This document shows positions 47,069 to 57,146 of a DNA stretch of 64,000 bases, one piece after another. The position numbers and the translations under genes are program-made. Location: the NCBI GenBank assembly GCA_965215195.1, contig CBDCDC010000002.1:3424001-3488000 (forward strand), read 5' to 3'. Below the pieces are notes generated by a model. That model had not been told where the DNA came from, did not search any database, and saw only the letters and a list, made by a program, of their open reading frames with translations. Origin of the DNA: Candidatus Latescibacterota bacterium. GTDB taxonomy: Bacteria; Latescibacterota; UBA2968; UBA8231. Each line of letters begins with the position of its first letter. Positions within the stretch are counted from its first letter, which is position 1.

Positions 47069-48939
47069 TTTTCTACGAGAAAGCGTACCAAGTCATCGTC
47101 GTCGGCGGTGGCCACGCCGGCACGGAGGCCGCGCTCGCCGCGGCGCGCATGGGGGCCGAGACCCTGCTCCTGACCATGAATTTGGACACCATTGGTCAGC
47201 TATCCTGCAACCCGGCTATCGGCGGGATCGGCAAGGGGCACATTGTCAAGGAAATCGACGCGCTCGGCGGCCAGATGGCCGTCAACATCGACCGCACCGG
47301 CATCCAATTTCGCCGCCTCAACACCTCGCGCGGGCCAGCCGTGCGCGCCTCGCGGGCCCAAGCCGACAAAAAGGACTACCAATTTGAGCTGAAGTACACC
47401 TGCGAACAGCAGGAGCATCTCGACATCCGCCAGGGCCTGATGGAGAGCTTGCTGATCGAGGATGGGACCGTCCAAGGCGTCGGCGTCAAGGGCGGCATCG
47501 CCTACCGCGGGCGCACCGTCATCCTCACGACCGGCACCTTCCTCCGCGGCAAAATTCACGTCGGCGATTTCTCGTATAGCGCGGGCCGCGCCGGCGAGAC
47601 CGCGGCCGAAAAGGCCGCTGAGGGCCTAGTCGCGCTCGGTTTTGAGACCGGCCGGCTCAAAACCGGCACTCCGCCGCGCGTCAACGGCCGCACCCTCGAC
47701 TTTGCCGCGTTCGAAGAACAGCCCGGGGACGACCCGCCGCGTCCCTTTTCCTATGCGGTGCAAAAAGTCACCCAGCCGCAAATGCCCTGCTGGATCACCT
47801 ACACCAACGCCCACACCCACGAGATCGTCCAAGCCAACCTGTCGCACTCGGCCATGTACAGCGGACGCATTGAGGGCATCGGCCCGCGCTACTGCCCCTC
47901 CATAGAGGACAAAATCGCACGCTTTGCCGACAAGGAGCGGCACCAAGTTTTCGTCGAGCCAGAGGGGCGTCGCACCCTCGAGTTTTATCTCAACGGCCTG
48001 TCGATGAGCCTGCCGGAGGCCCTGCAACCTCAGATCGTGCGCTCCCTGCCCGGCCTCGAGCGGGCCGAGATCATGCGCCCGGCGTACGCGGTCGAATACG
48101 ACTACGCCCCACCGACCCAACTCTACCCGCACCTAGAGACCAAGCGCGTGGCCAATCTCTTCTTCGCCGGCCAGATCAACGGCACCACCGGCTACGAAGA
48201 AGCCGCGGCCCAAGGGATTATGGCCGGCATCAACGCCGTGCTCAAAGCTCGCGGCGACGATCCGCTGGTGCTCACGCGCGCCGATGCGTACATCGGCGTC
48301 CTCATCGACGACCTCGTGACCAAAGGCACACTCGAACCGTACCGCATCTTCACCTCACGCGCCGAGCATCGCCTGCTCTTGCGCGAGGACAACGCCGACG
48401 ACCGCCTGATGGCCAAGGGCCGGGCGCTGGGGCTGGTCGGCGACGACCTATGGCGTCAGTTTCAAACCAAACAGCAACAGGTCGCGGCCGAGCGCACGCG
48501 CTTACAGCACGAGCGCGTCAAACCGACCGAAAAGGTGCGGGAGGTCTTGGCGCGGCAGGGCACTGCTCCCATCGCCGAATCGACTTCGCTCGCCGAGTTG
48601 CTGCGCCGCCCCCAACTCACCTACGACCACCTCTGCGAATTCGCCCCACCTCCACAGCCTCTCTCCCCGGACGCGGCCGAACACGTCGAGGCCGAGATCA
48701 AATACGCGGGGTACATCAAGCGCCAAGAGACCCAAGCGCAAAAGCTCAAGCGCCTCGAGTCCCTGTGCCTGCCGACCGATTTTGACTTTGCCGCGCCCGG
48801 ACTGAACATTTCGACCGAAGCGCGCCAAAAGCTCGCGGCGATCCGCCCACAGACCCTAGGACAGGCTTCGCGCATTTCCGGGGTCTCGCCCGCCGACCTC
48901 GCTTCGCTCATGGTCTTCTTGCACGCCCGTACCCAATGA
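47065..48939 (+). CDS. mnmG: tRNA uridine 5-carboxymethylaminomethyl modification enzyme
   Basis: [50 protein letters not shown]. Confidence 0.97.
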   Translation: MIFYEKAYQVIVVGGGHAGTEAALAAARMGAETLLLTMNLDTIGQLSCNPAIGGIGKGHIVKEIDALGGQMAVNIDRTGIQFRRLNTSRGPAVRASRAQADKKDYQFELKYTCEQQEHLDIRQGLMESLLIEDGTVQGVGVKGGIAYRGRTVILTTGTFLRGKIHVGDFSYSAGRAGETAAEKAAEGLVALGFETGRLKTGTPPRVNGRTLDFAAFEEQPGDDPPRPFSYAVQKVTQPQMPCWITYTNAHTHEIVQANLSHSAMYSGRIEGIGPRYCPSIEDKIARFADKERHQVFVEPEGRRTLEFYLNGLSMSLPEALQPQIVRSLPGLERAEIMRPAYAVEYDYAPPTQLYPHLETKRVANLFFAGQINGTTGYEEAAAQGIMAGINAVLKARGDDPLVLTRADAYIGVLIDDLVTKGTLEPYRIFTSRAEHRLLLREDNADDRLMAKGRALGLVGDDLWRQFQTKQQQVAAERTRLQHERVKPTEKVREVLARQGTAPIAESTSLAELLRRPQLTYDHLCEFAPPPQPLSPDAAEHVEAEIKYAGYIKRQETQAQKLKRLESLCLPTDFDFAAPGLNISTEARQKLAAIRPQTLGQASRISGVSPADLASLMVFLHARTQ

Positions 48940-49052
48940 CGATAAAAACGACGAGTCGGCTGACGACGGCAGTCGAACATTACTCTTCTCAGGTGCCTCA
49001 TTGTATACAGCCCAATCTCGGAGCCTGTATGGGCTTTCGCCCATAGCGGTTC

Positions 49053-49200
49053 GCGGTACAGTAGCCGGGCATCGTCGAGCGAGTTGATACTCGACTTGAG
49101 CGACGGCGAATTGTGCAGGGTCATGTAAGTTGTCCCACAGCGTCACATCGCCCGGCTCGTGCAGATGGTCGTAGTGGAATGCAGCACATGCGTTTCGAGC
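49053..49200 (-). pseudogene. TauD/TfdA dioxygenase C-terminal remnant
   Basis: Across frameshifts: LETHVL / FHYDHLHEPGDVTLWDN / YMTLHNSP...DDARLLYR. Confidence 0.6.
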
Positions 49201-52164
49201 CTAGTCCACAGCCGCCTTCTCTGCGGCGGCCTCATAGTGCTCTTTGAGCAAGTCGTCAAGGGCCTTAGAGGTATTCAAATAATTGGACCATCCATAAGGC
49301 GCGATGTCAAAGCGCCGATCCCCCAACAGCGGGTCAGCACCCCGCGCCAAGAGCAACTGAGCCATCTCTACCTGATCGGCCATGACGGTTTTGTGCAGGG
49401 GCGTACTACCGCGGTCGTAGCGGTTAAACCCACCGGCAAACCCGTTGATGTCCGCGCCGCGATCCAGCAAAAACTCCGCCGCTTCCAATGCGCCGCAATA
49501 GGCCGCAAAATTGAGCGCTTCCACCACGATCTGCTCGGCGGTGAACACGGTGTCGGGATCCGGGTGGTAGAGGTGGCCGATCCCCTCTTTTAGCTGACCT
49601 TCAGAGTCGAAGAACTCGGCCATCAGGTCAACGCGGTTGACGCCCGCGGCAAAGCGCAAATCCACATCCGCTCCCTCAGCGACCAACATCCGCGCCAGAT
49701 CTAGATCCCTTTCCCTCAGCGCGTTCCATAAAATTTGCCCCCGGTTGCGGTTCACATCTACGCCATTGGTCACTAGGAGTTGGAGCATTTCGGGCTTGCT
49801 CTCGGCCCATTCGAGCTGATCGCTTTCTATGAACAGATCCAGTACGCTGATTGAGTCGTACGTAGCGGCGTTGGGGTCGGCACCTGCTGAGATCAGGGCA
49901 GCGGCCAGTTCGACCGCATTTTCGGGCAGTGGCACTCGTTGCGGCTCGCCAGCTAGGTGGTGCAAGAGCGTCGCGCCGCGAAAGTATGGGTATTCGTAGT
50001 ATTCGTCGAAATAGCCGCGTGCTGTCGCTAGAGCGGGGTACTCAGCGAGCAGGTTCTGTAGCGTCTCGCGGTCACCGGCGTCCATGGCTTTTACGGCCTC
50101 GTAAAAGGCTTTGTGGTCGGCGTCGCTGCGGCCGCGTCCTTGGGGCGGCAGTTCTTCTCTCTCGTGCGGAATGGCCAACGCCACTAGCTCGGGCGGGCGC
50201 CCGGACCTGCCTTGAGAGTTGCCCAGCGGCACGACCACGTACTGGCGACCCCCGGCCGTATAGCTCATCGGCGCGCCATAGGCGTTGCTGGGCAATTCGA
50301 CGCGGCCGATCTCCTCGCCCGACGCCAAATCGTACGCCCGCAGGTACGCGTCGCGATCGACGAAGTAATCCCTGCCGGCGTCGGCTAGGTCGTGCGGGTC
50401 CTGCGAAGTGGCCAACAGGAGATTCGGCGTGGCCAAGACGAAGGTGCGGTTGTCCCAGCCCATATCCGGCAAGTCGAGCCCTTTGAGCGCCGGGTGATTG
50501 ACCGGTCCTTTGCCCACTGCGGTCCGCCACAGATGCTCGCCGCTGTTGAGGTCAATCGCCGTGATGCTGCCGTAGGGAGGCTTGACCAGCGGCAGGCCCC
50601 GAGGACCGCGGATGTGCCGGCCGGCGCGGGCAGAAAACGCCGAATAGGCATCTAGGTCGCGCACCGGCCGCAGCTCCACGTTGGTGATGGCCATGTGCGA
50701 CGGCACGTACAGCACACCCATGCGCGGATCCGCCGCGCCTCCCGCCCAATCAGCACCGCCGACTTGGCCGGGAACCGACAAAACGCCCTTCTCGGTCGGC
50801 GGCGTATAGAGCGGGCCGTAGTCGTATTCGGCGAGAATGGCCTTGGCTTCCTCGCGCAACTCAGGCGTAAAGTCGATCAGGTCGTCTTCGCTGATGCCTT
50901 GGTGCTCAAAGGGAGCCGGTTTGGTCGGAAAGGGCTGCGTCGGCGAGGTCTTTTCGCCTAGAACTTGCGATTGCGGAACTGGCTTTTCTTCGATTGGCCA
51001 GATCGGCTCACCGGTCACGCGGTCAAAGACAAAGCAAAACGCCTGTTTGGTTAGCTGGGCGACAATTTTGCGCTCTTGACCATCGACGACCACGTCCAAC
51101 AGCAGGGGAGCGGCCGGCGGGTCGTAGTCCCACAGGCCGTGATGGACCAACTGATAGTGCCAGACCCGCTCGCCCGTGGCGGCCTTCACACAGACCACCG
51201 ACTCGCTGAACAGGTTGTCGCCGGGGCGCTCGCCGCCGTAGTAGTCGTGGCTGGCCGTGCTCACCGGCAGGTAGAGATAGCCCAACTCCTCGTCGGCTGT
51301 CATCGTAGCCCAGACATTGGCGGCACCGTATCGTTTCCACGCATCGCTTTCCCACGTCTCGTTGCCGTATTCGCCTTCCTGTGGGATCGTGTGAAATTCC
51401 CACACCTTCTCGCCGGTACGCACGTCGAATGCTTGCACGTCGCCCGGGGGCATGTACTCGGCTGGTGGCCGGCCGCGCACATCCACGATTGCCGAGCCAA
51501 CGGCGACTATGCCGCGACACACCACGGGCGGGGACGTGACTCCGTATCCCCTGCGCTCTCTTTCGCCCAGCGGCCGGCGGAGCAAGGCCCCCAAATCGAC
51601 GCGCCCGGCCGCGCCAAAGTCCGGGTCGGGCAGGCCGGTCTTGGCGTCTATGGAGTACAAATAGGCGGTCGAGGTCGCCAGAAATACCCGCTCAACCTCG
51701 CCATCGGTCCAATAGCTCACCCCGCGAGAATTGCCCACGAAAGAGGAACCGGCCTGCCAAGACTCCGGGTCGAACGCCCACAACTCCTCACCGCTTTGGC
51801 CGTCAATGGCCGAGAGGATGTTGTACGGCGAGCCGTAGTAGAGTACGCCATTGACGGCCAGCGGCGTACCGCGATTGTTGTCGAAGCGGAGGCGAAAACC
51901 ACCGCGCCGCCGATCACCCCGGCCCCGAGCTCGATCTCGGCCGCGGCTAGCTCTAGCTGTCTCGTAGATCTGCTGATCGGGGGGGCGGTAGCGCCAAACC
52001 ACGCGCAACTGATCGAAGTTGTCGCGGTTGATCTGGTCGGCCGGGGTGTAGCGGGTGCCGCCTTGGTCGGCCGCGTAGTACGGCCAATCGACATCGCTGG
52101 CAAACGCCGCCGCAAGCGACAGCGACAACGAGAACGATAAGGCTCGACAGGCGCGTTTATTCAC
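49201..52164 (-). CDS. PQQ-dependent dehydrogenase (quinoprotein glucose DH-like) fused to C-terminal ankyrin repeats, paralog 1
   Basis: DWPYY..TRYTPADQIN, GAANVW, HHGLWDYD, KPPYG; GATLLHH, GADPN, STPLHK. Confidence 0.88.
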   Translation of the reverse strand: MNKRACRALSFSLSLSLAAAFASDVDWPYYAADQGGTRYTPADQINRDNFDQLRVVWRYRPPDQQIYETARASRGRDRARGRGDRRRGGFRLRFDNNRGTPLAVNGVLYYGSPYNILSAIDGQSGEELWAFDPESWQAGSSFVGNSRGVSYWTDGEVERVFLATSTAYLYSIDAKTGLPDPDFGAAGRVDLGALLRRPLGERERRGYGVTSPPVVCRGIVAVGSAIVDVRGRPPAEYMPPGDVQAFDVRTGEKVWEFHTIPQEGEYGNETWESDAWKRYGAANVWATMTADEELGYLYLPVSTASHDYYGGERPGDNLFSESVVCVKAATGERVWHYQLVHHGLWDYDPPAAPLLLDVVVDGQERKIVAQLTKQAFCFVFDRVTGEPIWPIEEKPVPQSQVLGEKTSPTQPFPTKPAPFEHQGISEDDLIDFTPELREEAKAILAEYDYGPLYTPPTEKGVLSVPGQVGGADWAGGAADPRMGVLYVPSHMAITNVELRPVRDLDAYSAFSARAGRHIRGPRGLPLVKPPYGSITAIDLNSGEHLWRTAVGKGPVNHPALKGLDLPDMGWDNRTFVLATPNLLLATSQDPHDLADAGRDYFVDRDAYLRAYDLASGEEIGRVELPSNAYGAPMSYTAGGRQYVVVPLGNSQGRSGRPPELVALAIPHEREELPPQGRGRSDADHKAFYEAVKAMDAGDRETLQNLLAEYPALATARGYFDEYYEYPYFRGATLLHHLAGEPQRVPLPENAVELAAALISAGADPNAATYDSISVLDLFIESDQLEWAESKPEMLQLLVTNGVDVNRNRGQILWNALRERDLDLARMLVAEGADVDLRFAAGVNRVDLMAEFFDSEGQLKEGIGHLYHPDPDTVFTAEQIVVEALNFAAYCGALEAAEFLLDRGADINGFAGGFNRYDRGSTPLHKTVMADQVEMAQLLLARGADPLLGDRRFDIAPYGWSNYLNTSKALDDLLKEHYEAAAEKAAVD

Positions 52165-52172
52165 TGGATTGC

Positions 52173-52287
52173 CCCTTTTCCGTGCGTGATGCGGCTTCGA
52201 GGGCCTTGTAGTTCGGATCGAGGGCGTCCCGCCCTCCCAAGACAACACCCTTTTCCGTGCTTGATGCGGCTTCGAGGGCCTTGTAGT
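52173..52287. repeat. 40-bp direct repeats flanking a REP-like hairpin
   Basis: 52173-52212 and 52248-52287 differ at one base; GGATCGAGGGCGTCCCGCCCTC between them. Confidence 0.8.
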
Positions 52288-52383
52288 AGTAGCCGCCCAG
52301 GCGTAGGGTATCTCGCCCCAGCGGGCATCGCTAATAGTCGTGGCTGCGCCCTTTGCTAGCAAATAGCGAGTCAGCTCGGTGCC

Positions 52384-55305
52384 CTAGTCCGCAGCCGCCT
52401 TCTCTGCGGCAGCCTCATAGTGCTCTTCGAGCAGCTCGTCGAGGGCCTTCGAGGTATCTAAGTAGTTGGTCCACCCATAGGGCGTGGTGTCATAGGCCCG
52501 GTCCCCCACGAGCGAATTCGCGCCCCGCGCCAAGAGCAACTGGGCCATCTCTAGCTGGTTGGCCATGACGGTTTTGTGTAGAGGCGTACTGCCGTGGTCG
52601 TAACGATGAAACTCACCGGCAAAGCCGTCGATATCCGCACCGCGATCCAGCAAGAATTCCGCCGCTTCCAACGCGCCGCTATACGCCGCAAAGTTGAGCG
52701 CTTCCACCACAATCTGCTCGGCGGTGAGCACGGTGTCCGGGTTGGGATGATACAGGTGGCTGGTTCCCTCTTTTAGCTGACCTTCAGAGTCGAAGAATTC
52801 GGCCATCAGGTCGACGCGATTGACTCCAGCGGCAAAGCGCAAATCCACGGCCGCACCCGCTTTGACCAACGTGTGGGCTAGCTCCAAGTCTGCCTCGATA
52901 AGCGCGTCCCACATCACTCGGCCTCGGTTGCGATTTAAGTCCACGCCCGCCGAGACCAAGAGCTGGACCATGTCGGCCTTGCTCCCGGCCCAATTGAGCT
53001 GGGCACTGCTTATCACCAAGTCCAGCACGGCGACCGAGTCGCGAGTGGCGGCGTTGGGGTCGGCACCTGCCGAGAGCAGGGCAGCGGCTAGTTCAACCGC
53101 GTTTTCGGGCAGCGGCGCTCGTTGCGGCTCGCCAGCTAAGTGGTGCAAGAGCGTGGCCCCGCGAAAGTACGGATATTCGTAGTACTCGTCGAAATAGCCG
53201 TGCGCCCCAACCAACTCGGGGTATTCGGCGAGCAATTTCTGAAGGACTTCGACATCGCCGGCGTCAATGGCCTCCACGGCCTTGTAAAAGGCCCGGTGGT
53301 CGGCGTCGCCGCGGTCTTGGCCTTGGGGCGGCAGTTTCTCGCCCTCGTGTGGAATGGCCAAGGCGACCAATTCGGGCGGGCGTCCTGATTCGCCTAAATA
53401 GTTGCCTAGCGGCACGATCACGTATTGGCGTCCGCCGGCCACATAGCTCATCGGCGCACCGTAAGCGTTGCTGGGTAGCTCGACGCGGCCAATCTCCTCG
53501 CCCGACGCCAGCTCGTACGCCCGCAGGTACGCGTCGCGATCGACGAAGTAATCCTCGCCGGCCTCGGCCAAGCCGTGCGGGTCCTGCGAGGTGGCTAACA
53601 GGAGGTTCGGCGTGGCTAAGACAAAGGTGCGGTTGTCCCAGCCCATATCCGGCAAGGCGAGCCCTTTGAGCGCCGGGTGATTGACCGGCCCTTTGCCGAC
53701 CGTCGTCCGCCACAGGTGTTCACCGCTGTTGAGGTCAATCGCCGTGATGCTGCCGTAGGGAGGCTTGACCAGCGGCAGGCCCCGAGGGCCGACGACGTGC
53801 ATATTGTTGGTGGCAGAAAAAGCCGAATGGGCCTCCGGGTCATCTACTTGATGCAGCCGCACGGTGGTGATGGCCATGTGCGACGGCACGTAGAGTACGC
53901 CGGTGCGCGGATCCGCCGCGCCCCCGGCCCAGTCGGCACCGCCCCATTGGCCGGGAACCGATAAGACGCCCTTCTCGGTCGGCGGCGCGTAGAGCGGGCC
54001 GTAGTCGTATTCGGCGAGAATGGCCTTGGCTTCCTCGCGCAACTCGGGCGTAAAGTCGATCAGATCGTCTTCGCTAATGCCTTGGCGCTCAAAGGGAGCC
54101 GGTTTGGTCGGAAAGGGCTGGGTCGGGGCCGTCTTTTCGACTTGCGACTGGGGCACCGGCCTTTCGACGATTGGCCAGATCGGCTCGCCGGTTATGCGGT
54201 CCAAAACAAAGCAAAACGCCTGTTTGGTTAGCTGGGCGGCGATCTTGCGCTCTTGGCCATCGACGACCACGTCCAACAGCAGGGGAGCGGCCGGCGGGTC
54301 GTAGTCCCACAGGCCGTGATGGACGAGCTGATAGTGCCAGATCCGCTCGCCGGTGGCCGCCTTCACACAGACCACCGACTCGCTAAAGAGGTTGTCGCCG
54401 GGGCGCTCGCCGCCGTAGTAGTCGTGGCTGGCCGTGCTCACCGGCAGGTAGAAGTACCCCAGTTCCTCGTCGGCTGTCATCGTAGCCCAGACATTGGCGG
54501 CTCCGTATCGTTTCCACGCATCGCTTTCCCACGTCTCGTTGCCGTACTCGCCCTCCTGTGGGATCGTGTGGAATTCCCACACCTTCTCGCCGGTACGCAC
54601 GTCGAAGGCCTGCACGTCGCCGGGAGGGGTGTACTCGGGTGGCGGCCTGAAGCGCCAGTCGCCCATGGCCGAGCCAACGGCGACCACGCCGCGGCAGACC
54701 ACGGGCGGGGACGTGACTCCGTAGTTCCAGCGATCCTCTTCGCCCAGCGGCCGACGCAACAAGGCCCCCAAATCGACGCGCCCGGCCTCGCCGAAGTCCG
54801 GGTCGGGCAGGCCGGTCTTGGCGTCTATGGAGTACAAATAGGCGGTCGAGGTCGCCAGAAATACCCGCTCAACCTCGCCATCGGTCCAATAGCTCACCCC
54901 GCGCAAATTGCCCAAGAAGCGGAAATTCATCTGCCAAGCCTGCGGGTCAAAGGTCCACAGTTCCTCGCCGCTTTGGCCATTGAGCGCCACGAGAATGTTG
55001 AAGGGCGAGGCATAGTAGAGCACGCCATTCACGGCAAGCGGTGTGCCGCGGTTGTTGTCGAAGCGGAGATTGCGCCCCACCGGGTTGGGGCCAGCCATCT
55101 CGTAGATCTGCTGATCGGGGGGGCGGTAGCGCCAGATCACGCGCAACTGATCGAAGTTGTCGCGAGCGATTTGGTCGGCCGGGGTGTAGCGGGTGCCGCC
55201 TTGGTCGGCCGCGTAGTACGGCCAATCGACATCGCTGGCAAACGCCGCGAGCGCGAGCGAAAGCGACAATAAGATCGACAAGGCCCGACAGGCGCGTCTA
55301 TTCAT
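52384..55305 (-). CDS. PQQ-dependent dehydrogenase-ankyrin fusion, paralog 2
   Basis: Highly similar to paralog 1 throughout; GAGGAG RBS before MNRRACRAL. Confidence 0.88.
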   Translation of the reverse strand: MNRRACRALSILLSLSLALAAFASDVDWPYYAADQGGTRYTPADQIARDNFDQLRVIWRYRPPDQQIYEMAGPNPVGRNLRFDNNRGTPLAVNGVLYYASPFNILVALNGQSGEELWTFDPQAWQMNFRFLGNLRGVSYWTDGEVERVFLATSTAYLYSIDAKTGLPDPDFGEAGRVDLGALLRRPLGEEDRWNYGVTSPPVVCRGVVAVGSAMGDWRFRPPPEYTPPGDVQAFDVRTGEKVWEFHTIPQEGEYGNETWESDAWKRYGAANVWATMTADEELGYFYLPVSTASHDYYGGERPGDNLFSESVVCVKAATGERIWHYQLVHHGLWDYDPPAAPLLLDVVVDGQERKIAAQLTKQAFCFVLDRITGEPIWPIVERPVPQSQVEKTAPTQPFPTKPAPFERQGISEDDLIDFTPELREEAKAILAEYDYGPLYAPPTEKGVLSVPGQWGGADWAGGAADPRTGVLYVPSHMAITTVRLHQVDDPEAHSAFSATNNMHVVGPRGLPLVKPPYGSITAIDLNSGEHLWRTTVGKGPVNHPALKGLALPDMGWDNRTFVLATPNLLLATSQDPHGLAEAGEDYFVDRDAYLRAYELASGEEIGRVELPSNAYGAPMSYVAGGRQYVIVPLGNYLGESGRPPELVALAIPHEGEKLPPQGQDRGDADHRAFYKAVEAIDAGDVEVLQKLLAEYPELVGAHGYFDEYYEYPYFRGATLLHHLAGEPQRAPLPENAVELAAALLSAGADPNAATRDSVAVLDLVISSAQLNWAGSKADMVQLLVSAGVDLNRNRGRVMWDALIEADLELAHTLVKAGAAVDLRFAAGVNRVDLMAEFFDSEGQLKEGTSHLYHPNPDTVLTAEQIVVEALNFAAYSGALEAAEFLLDRGADIDGFAGEFHRYDHGSTPLHKTVMANQLEMAQLLLARGANSLVGDRAYDTTPYGWTNYLDTSKALDELLEEHYEAAAEKAAAD

Positions 55306-56005
55306 TGGAATTCTCCTCTTCCGCGTTTGATGCTGCGTCGTGTGCGCCGAGGGCCTTGCGCATAGCGTCGTTGCCGTAGTAGCCCGCCCAGTCGTAGGGC
55401 GTCCCGCCCCAGCGCACATCGCCAATGGTCGTAGCCGCGCCCCTTTCGAGCAAGTAGCGAATTAGCTCGACGTCTTCGGTATCGACGGCCTTGTGCAGGG
55501 CCGTACTGCCGCTGTCGCCAAAGGCTGGGTCGGGCCGGCCGGTCTCGGCGTCAAGCGAGTAGAGATAGCCATCGGTCGTGCCGAAGAGTACGCGCTTGGC
55601 CCTGCCTTCTTCCCAATAGGCCACGCCGCGGTGGGTGCTGGAAAACCAGCCATCGAGGCGCCAAGATTCAGGATCGAACTTCCACAGCTCCTCGCCGGTG
55701 GCTGCGTTGAGCGCCGCGACGATGCCAAAGGGCGAACTGACGTAGAGTACGCCATTGATGACGACCGGCGTACTGCGGTAGTAGTTTCGATCGACATCGT
55801 GCTCGGCGAGAATTTCCGCCTCGGGGGGCCGCCAGCGCCAGATGATGCACAGGTCGGCGAAATTGTCGCGGTTGATCTGAGCGAGCGGGGCGTACTTGCT
55901 GCTGCCCGCGTCGCCGTAATAGCGCCAGTCGGTCGGCTGGGATGGGGTGGCGGAGTGGAGCAGTAAAAAGAAAAATAAACTAACGGGAAAACCGGTCTGT
56001 CTCAC
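55298..56005 (-). pseudogene. Internally deleted PQQ-ankyrin paralog (in-frame, 235 aa)
   Basis: N-terminal PQQ repeats up to PDPAFGD joined directly to the last ankyrin GSTALHKAV. Confidence 0.75.
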
Positions 56006-56022
56006 GCACTCTTCTCTTATTA

Positions 56023-56907
56023 ACCAATGGTGCTAGTGAGTTGACCGTGGTCAAGGTAGTTCCTACGCTGAGGGTATCCCCCCTTTCAGCGAAGGAGCGT
56101 CCCATGACCACGGCCGAGTTTATAATAGCCCTGTTCTGTCGAATCGACCACCAGATGGGCGATGTGCCCAAACACCCCCAAGCCGCCTTATATCCCAGCG
56201 AAACGGTGACCCTGGCGGTTCTATATGCGCTCAAAGGGGACGGCAAACGGGCGTTTTATCGCTGGGTAGCGCGCGATTGGCGCGCCTTTTTCCCGCGCCT
56301 GCCCGAACGCACCCGCTTGTTCCGCCTGTTTGTCGCCCATGCGGACTGGACCGATCGCTTTCGAGCGGACCCCACCCCCTTAGGCGTGATCGATAGCTAT
56401 GGCATCGAGTTGATCCATCCAGTACGCGAAGGCCGCTCCGCTCACCCTATCGGCCAGAAAGGGTTGTCCAATCACCGCTGGATCGTCGGCGGCAAGCTGG
56501 GCTTGATCGTCAACCAGTGGGGCTTGATCGTCGATTGGGATTGTAACACGGCCAATGTCCACGATTCGGTCTTTCACCCGATGATTGGTCGCTACGAAGA
56601 GCAGATGATCCTCCTCAGCGACCAAGGCTTTCATGCCAAAGAAGGTGATCCGGCTAATCTGAAAGTGTGTCCCCGCAAAACCTGGGGCGACCGGATGGTC
56701 ATCGAGACCGTCTTTTCGATGCTGACCCGCATCGGCCGGTTCAAGCGACAGACCCATCGAGCTTGGGCCTACTTTAGAGCGCATCTGAGCGCGGCCATGG
56801 CCGCCTTTAACCTGCTGGCACAGTGGCATGGATTGCAACCGGATGAAAATGGATTCGTCCCGTTGTCCATCGCGGAATTTAGCTTGTAGCCCACTAGCAC
56901 CATTGGT
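56023..56907 (+). mobile_element. IS982-like insertion sequence, copy 2 (885 bp)
   Basis: Same 16-bp TIR; TSD TATTA (56018-56022 / 56908-56912). Confidence 0.92.
56104..56889 (+). CDS. DDE transposase (IS982-like)
   Basis: Near-identical to 37574-38359. Confidence 0.9.
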   Translation: MTTAEFIIALFCRIDHQMGDVPKHPQAALYPSETVTLAVLYALKGDGKRAFYRWVARDWRAFFPRLPERTRLFRLFVAHADWTDRFRADPTPLGVIDSYGIELIHPVREGRSAHPIGQKGLSNHRWIVGGKLGLIVNQWGLIVDWDCNTANVHDSVFHPMIGRYEEQMILLSDQGFHAKEGDPANLKVCPRKTWGDRMVIETVFSMLTRIGRFKRQTHRAWAYFRAHLSAAMAAFNLLAQWHGLQPDENGFVPLSIAEFSL

Positions 56908-57146
56908 TATTAGCTAAGGTCCTAAGCGAAAGAAGAGGTGGCGTTAAACAGTGTCAACAAGGGCGCGACGAACTTTGATAGCTGTCCTAGCGGAGCTACA
57001 TTAGACGAGGAGTTCCAGTCTAAAAATCAGTTATAGTCAACGTGCGACTAAAACGGCCTCCCCGCATATCGCAAATTTACCTGCTATATCGAGCCTTGGC
57101 CTAGCCACACAAGCGAGAGCTCTTGGAGCAAATCCGCGTTACCCCT

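Noticed and set aside
49201-56005. Diversity-generating retroelement or CRISPR explanation for the repeats
   Set aside because: No reverse transcriptase, differences are not adenine-specific by eye, and there is no repeat-spacer periodicity anywhere in the window
37556-56907. Composite transposon bounded by the two inverted IS copies
   Set aside because: Each copy has its own distinct TSD, and the enclosed region contains mnmG; these are independent insertions
56913-57146. Intergenic stretch as ncRNA, attC site or gene remnant
   Set aside because: No convincing structure, integron core sites or recognisable peptide
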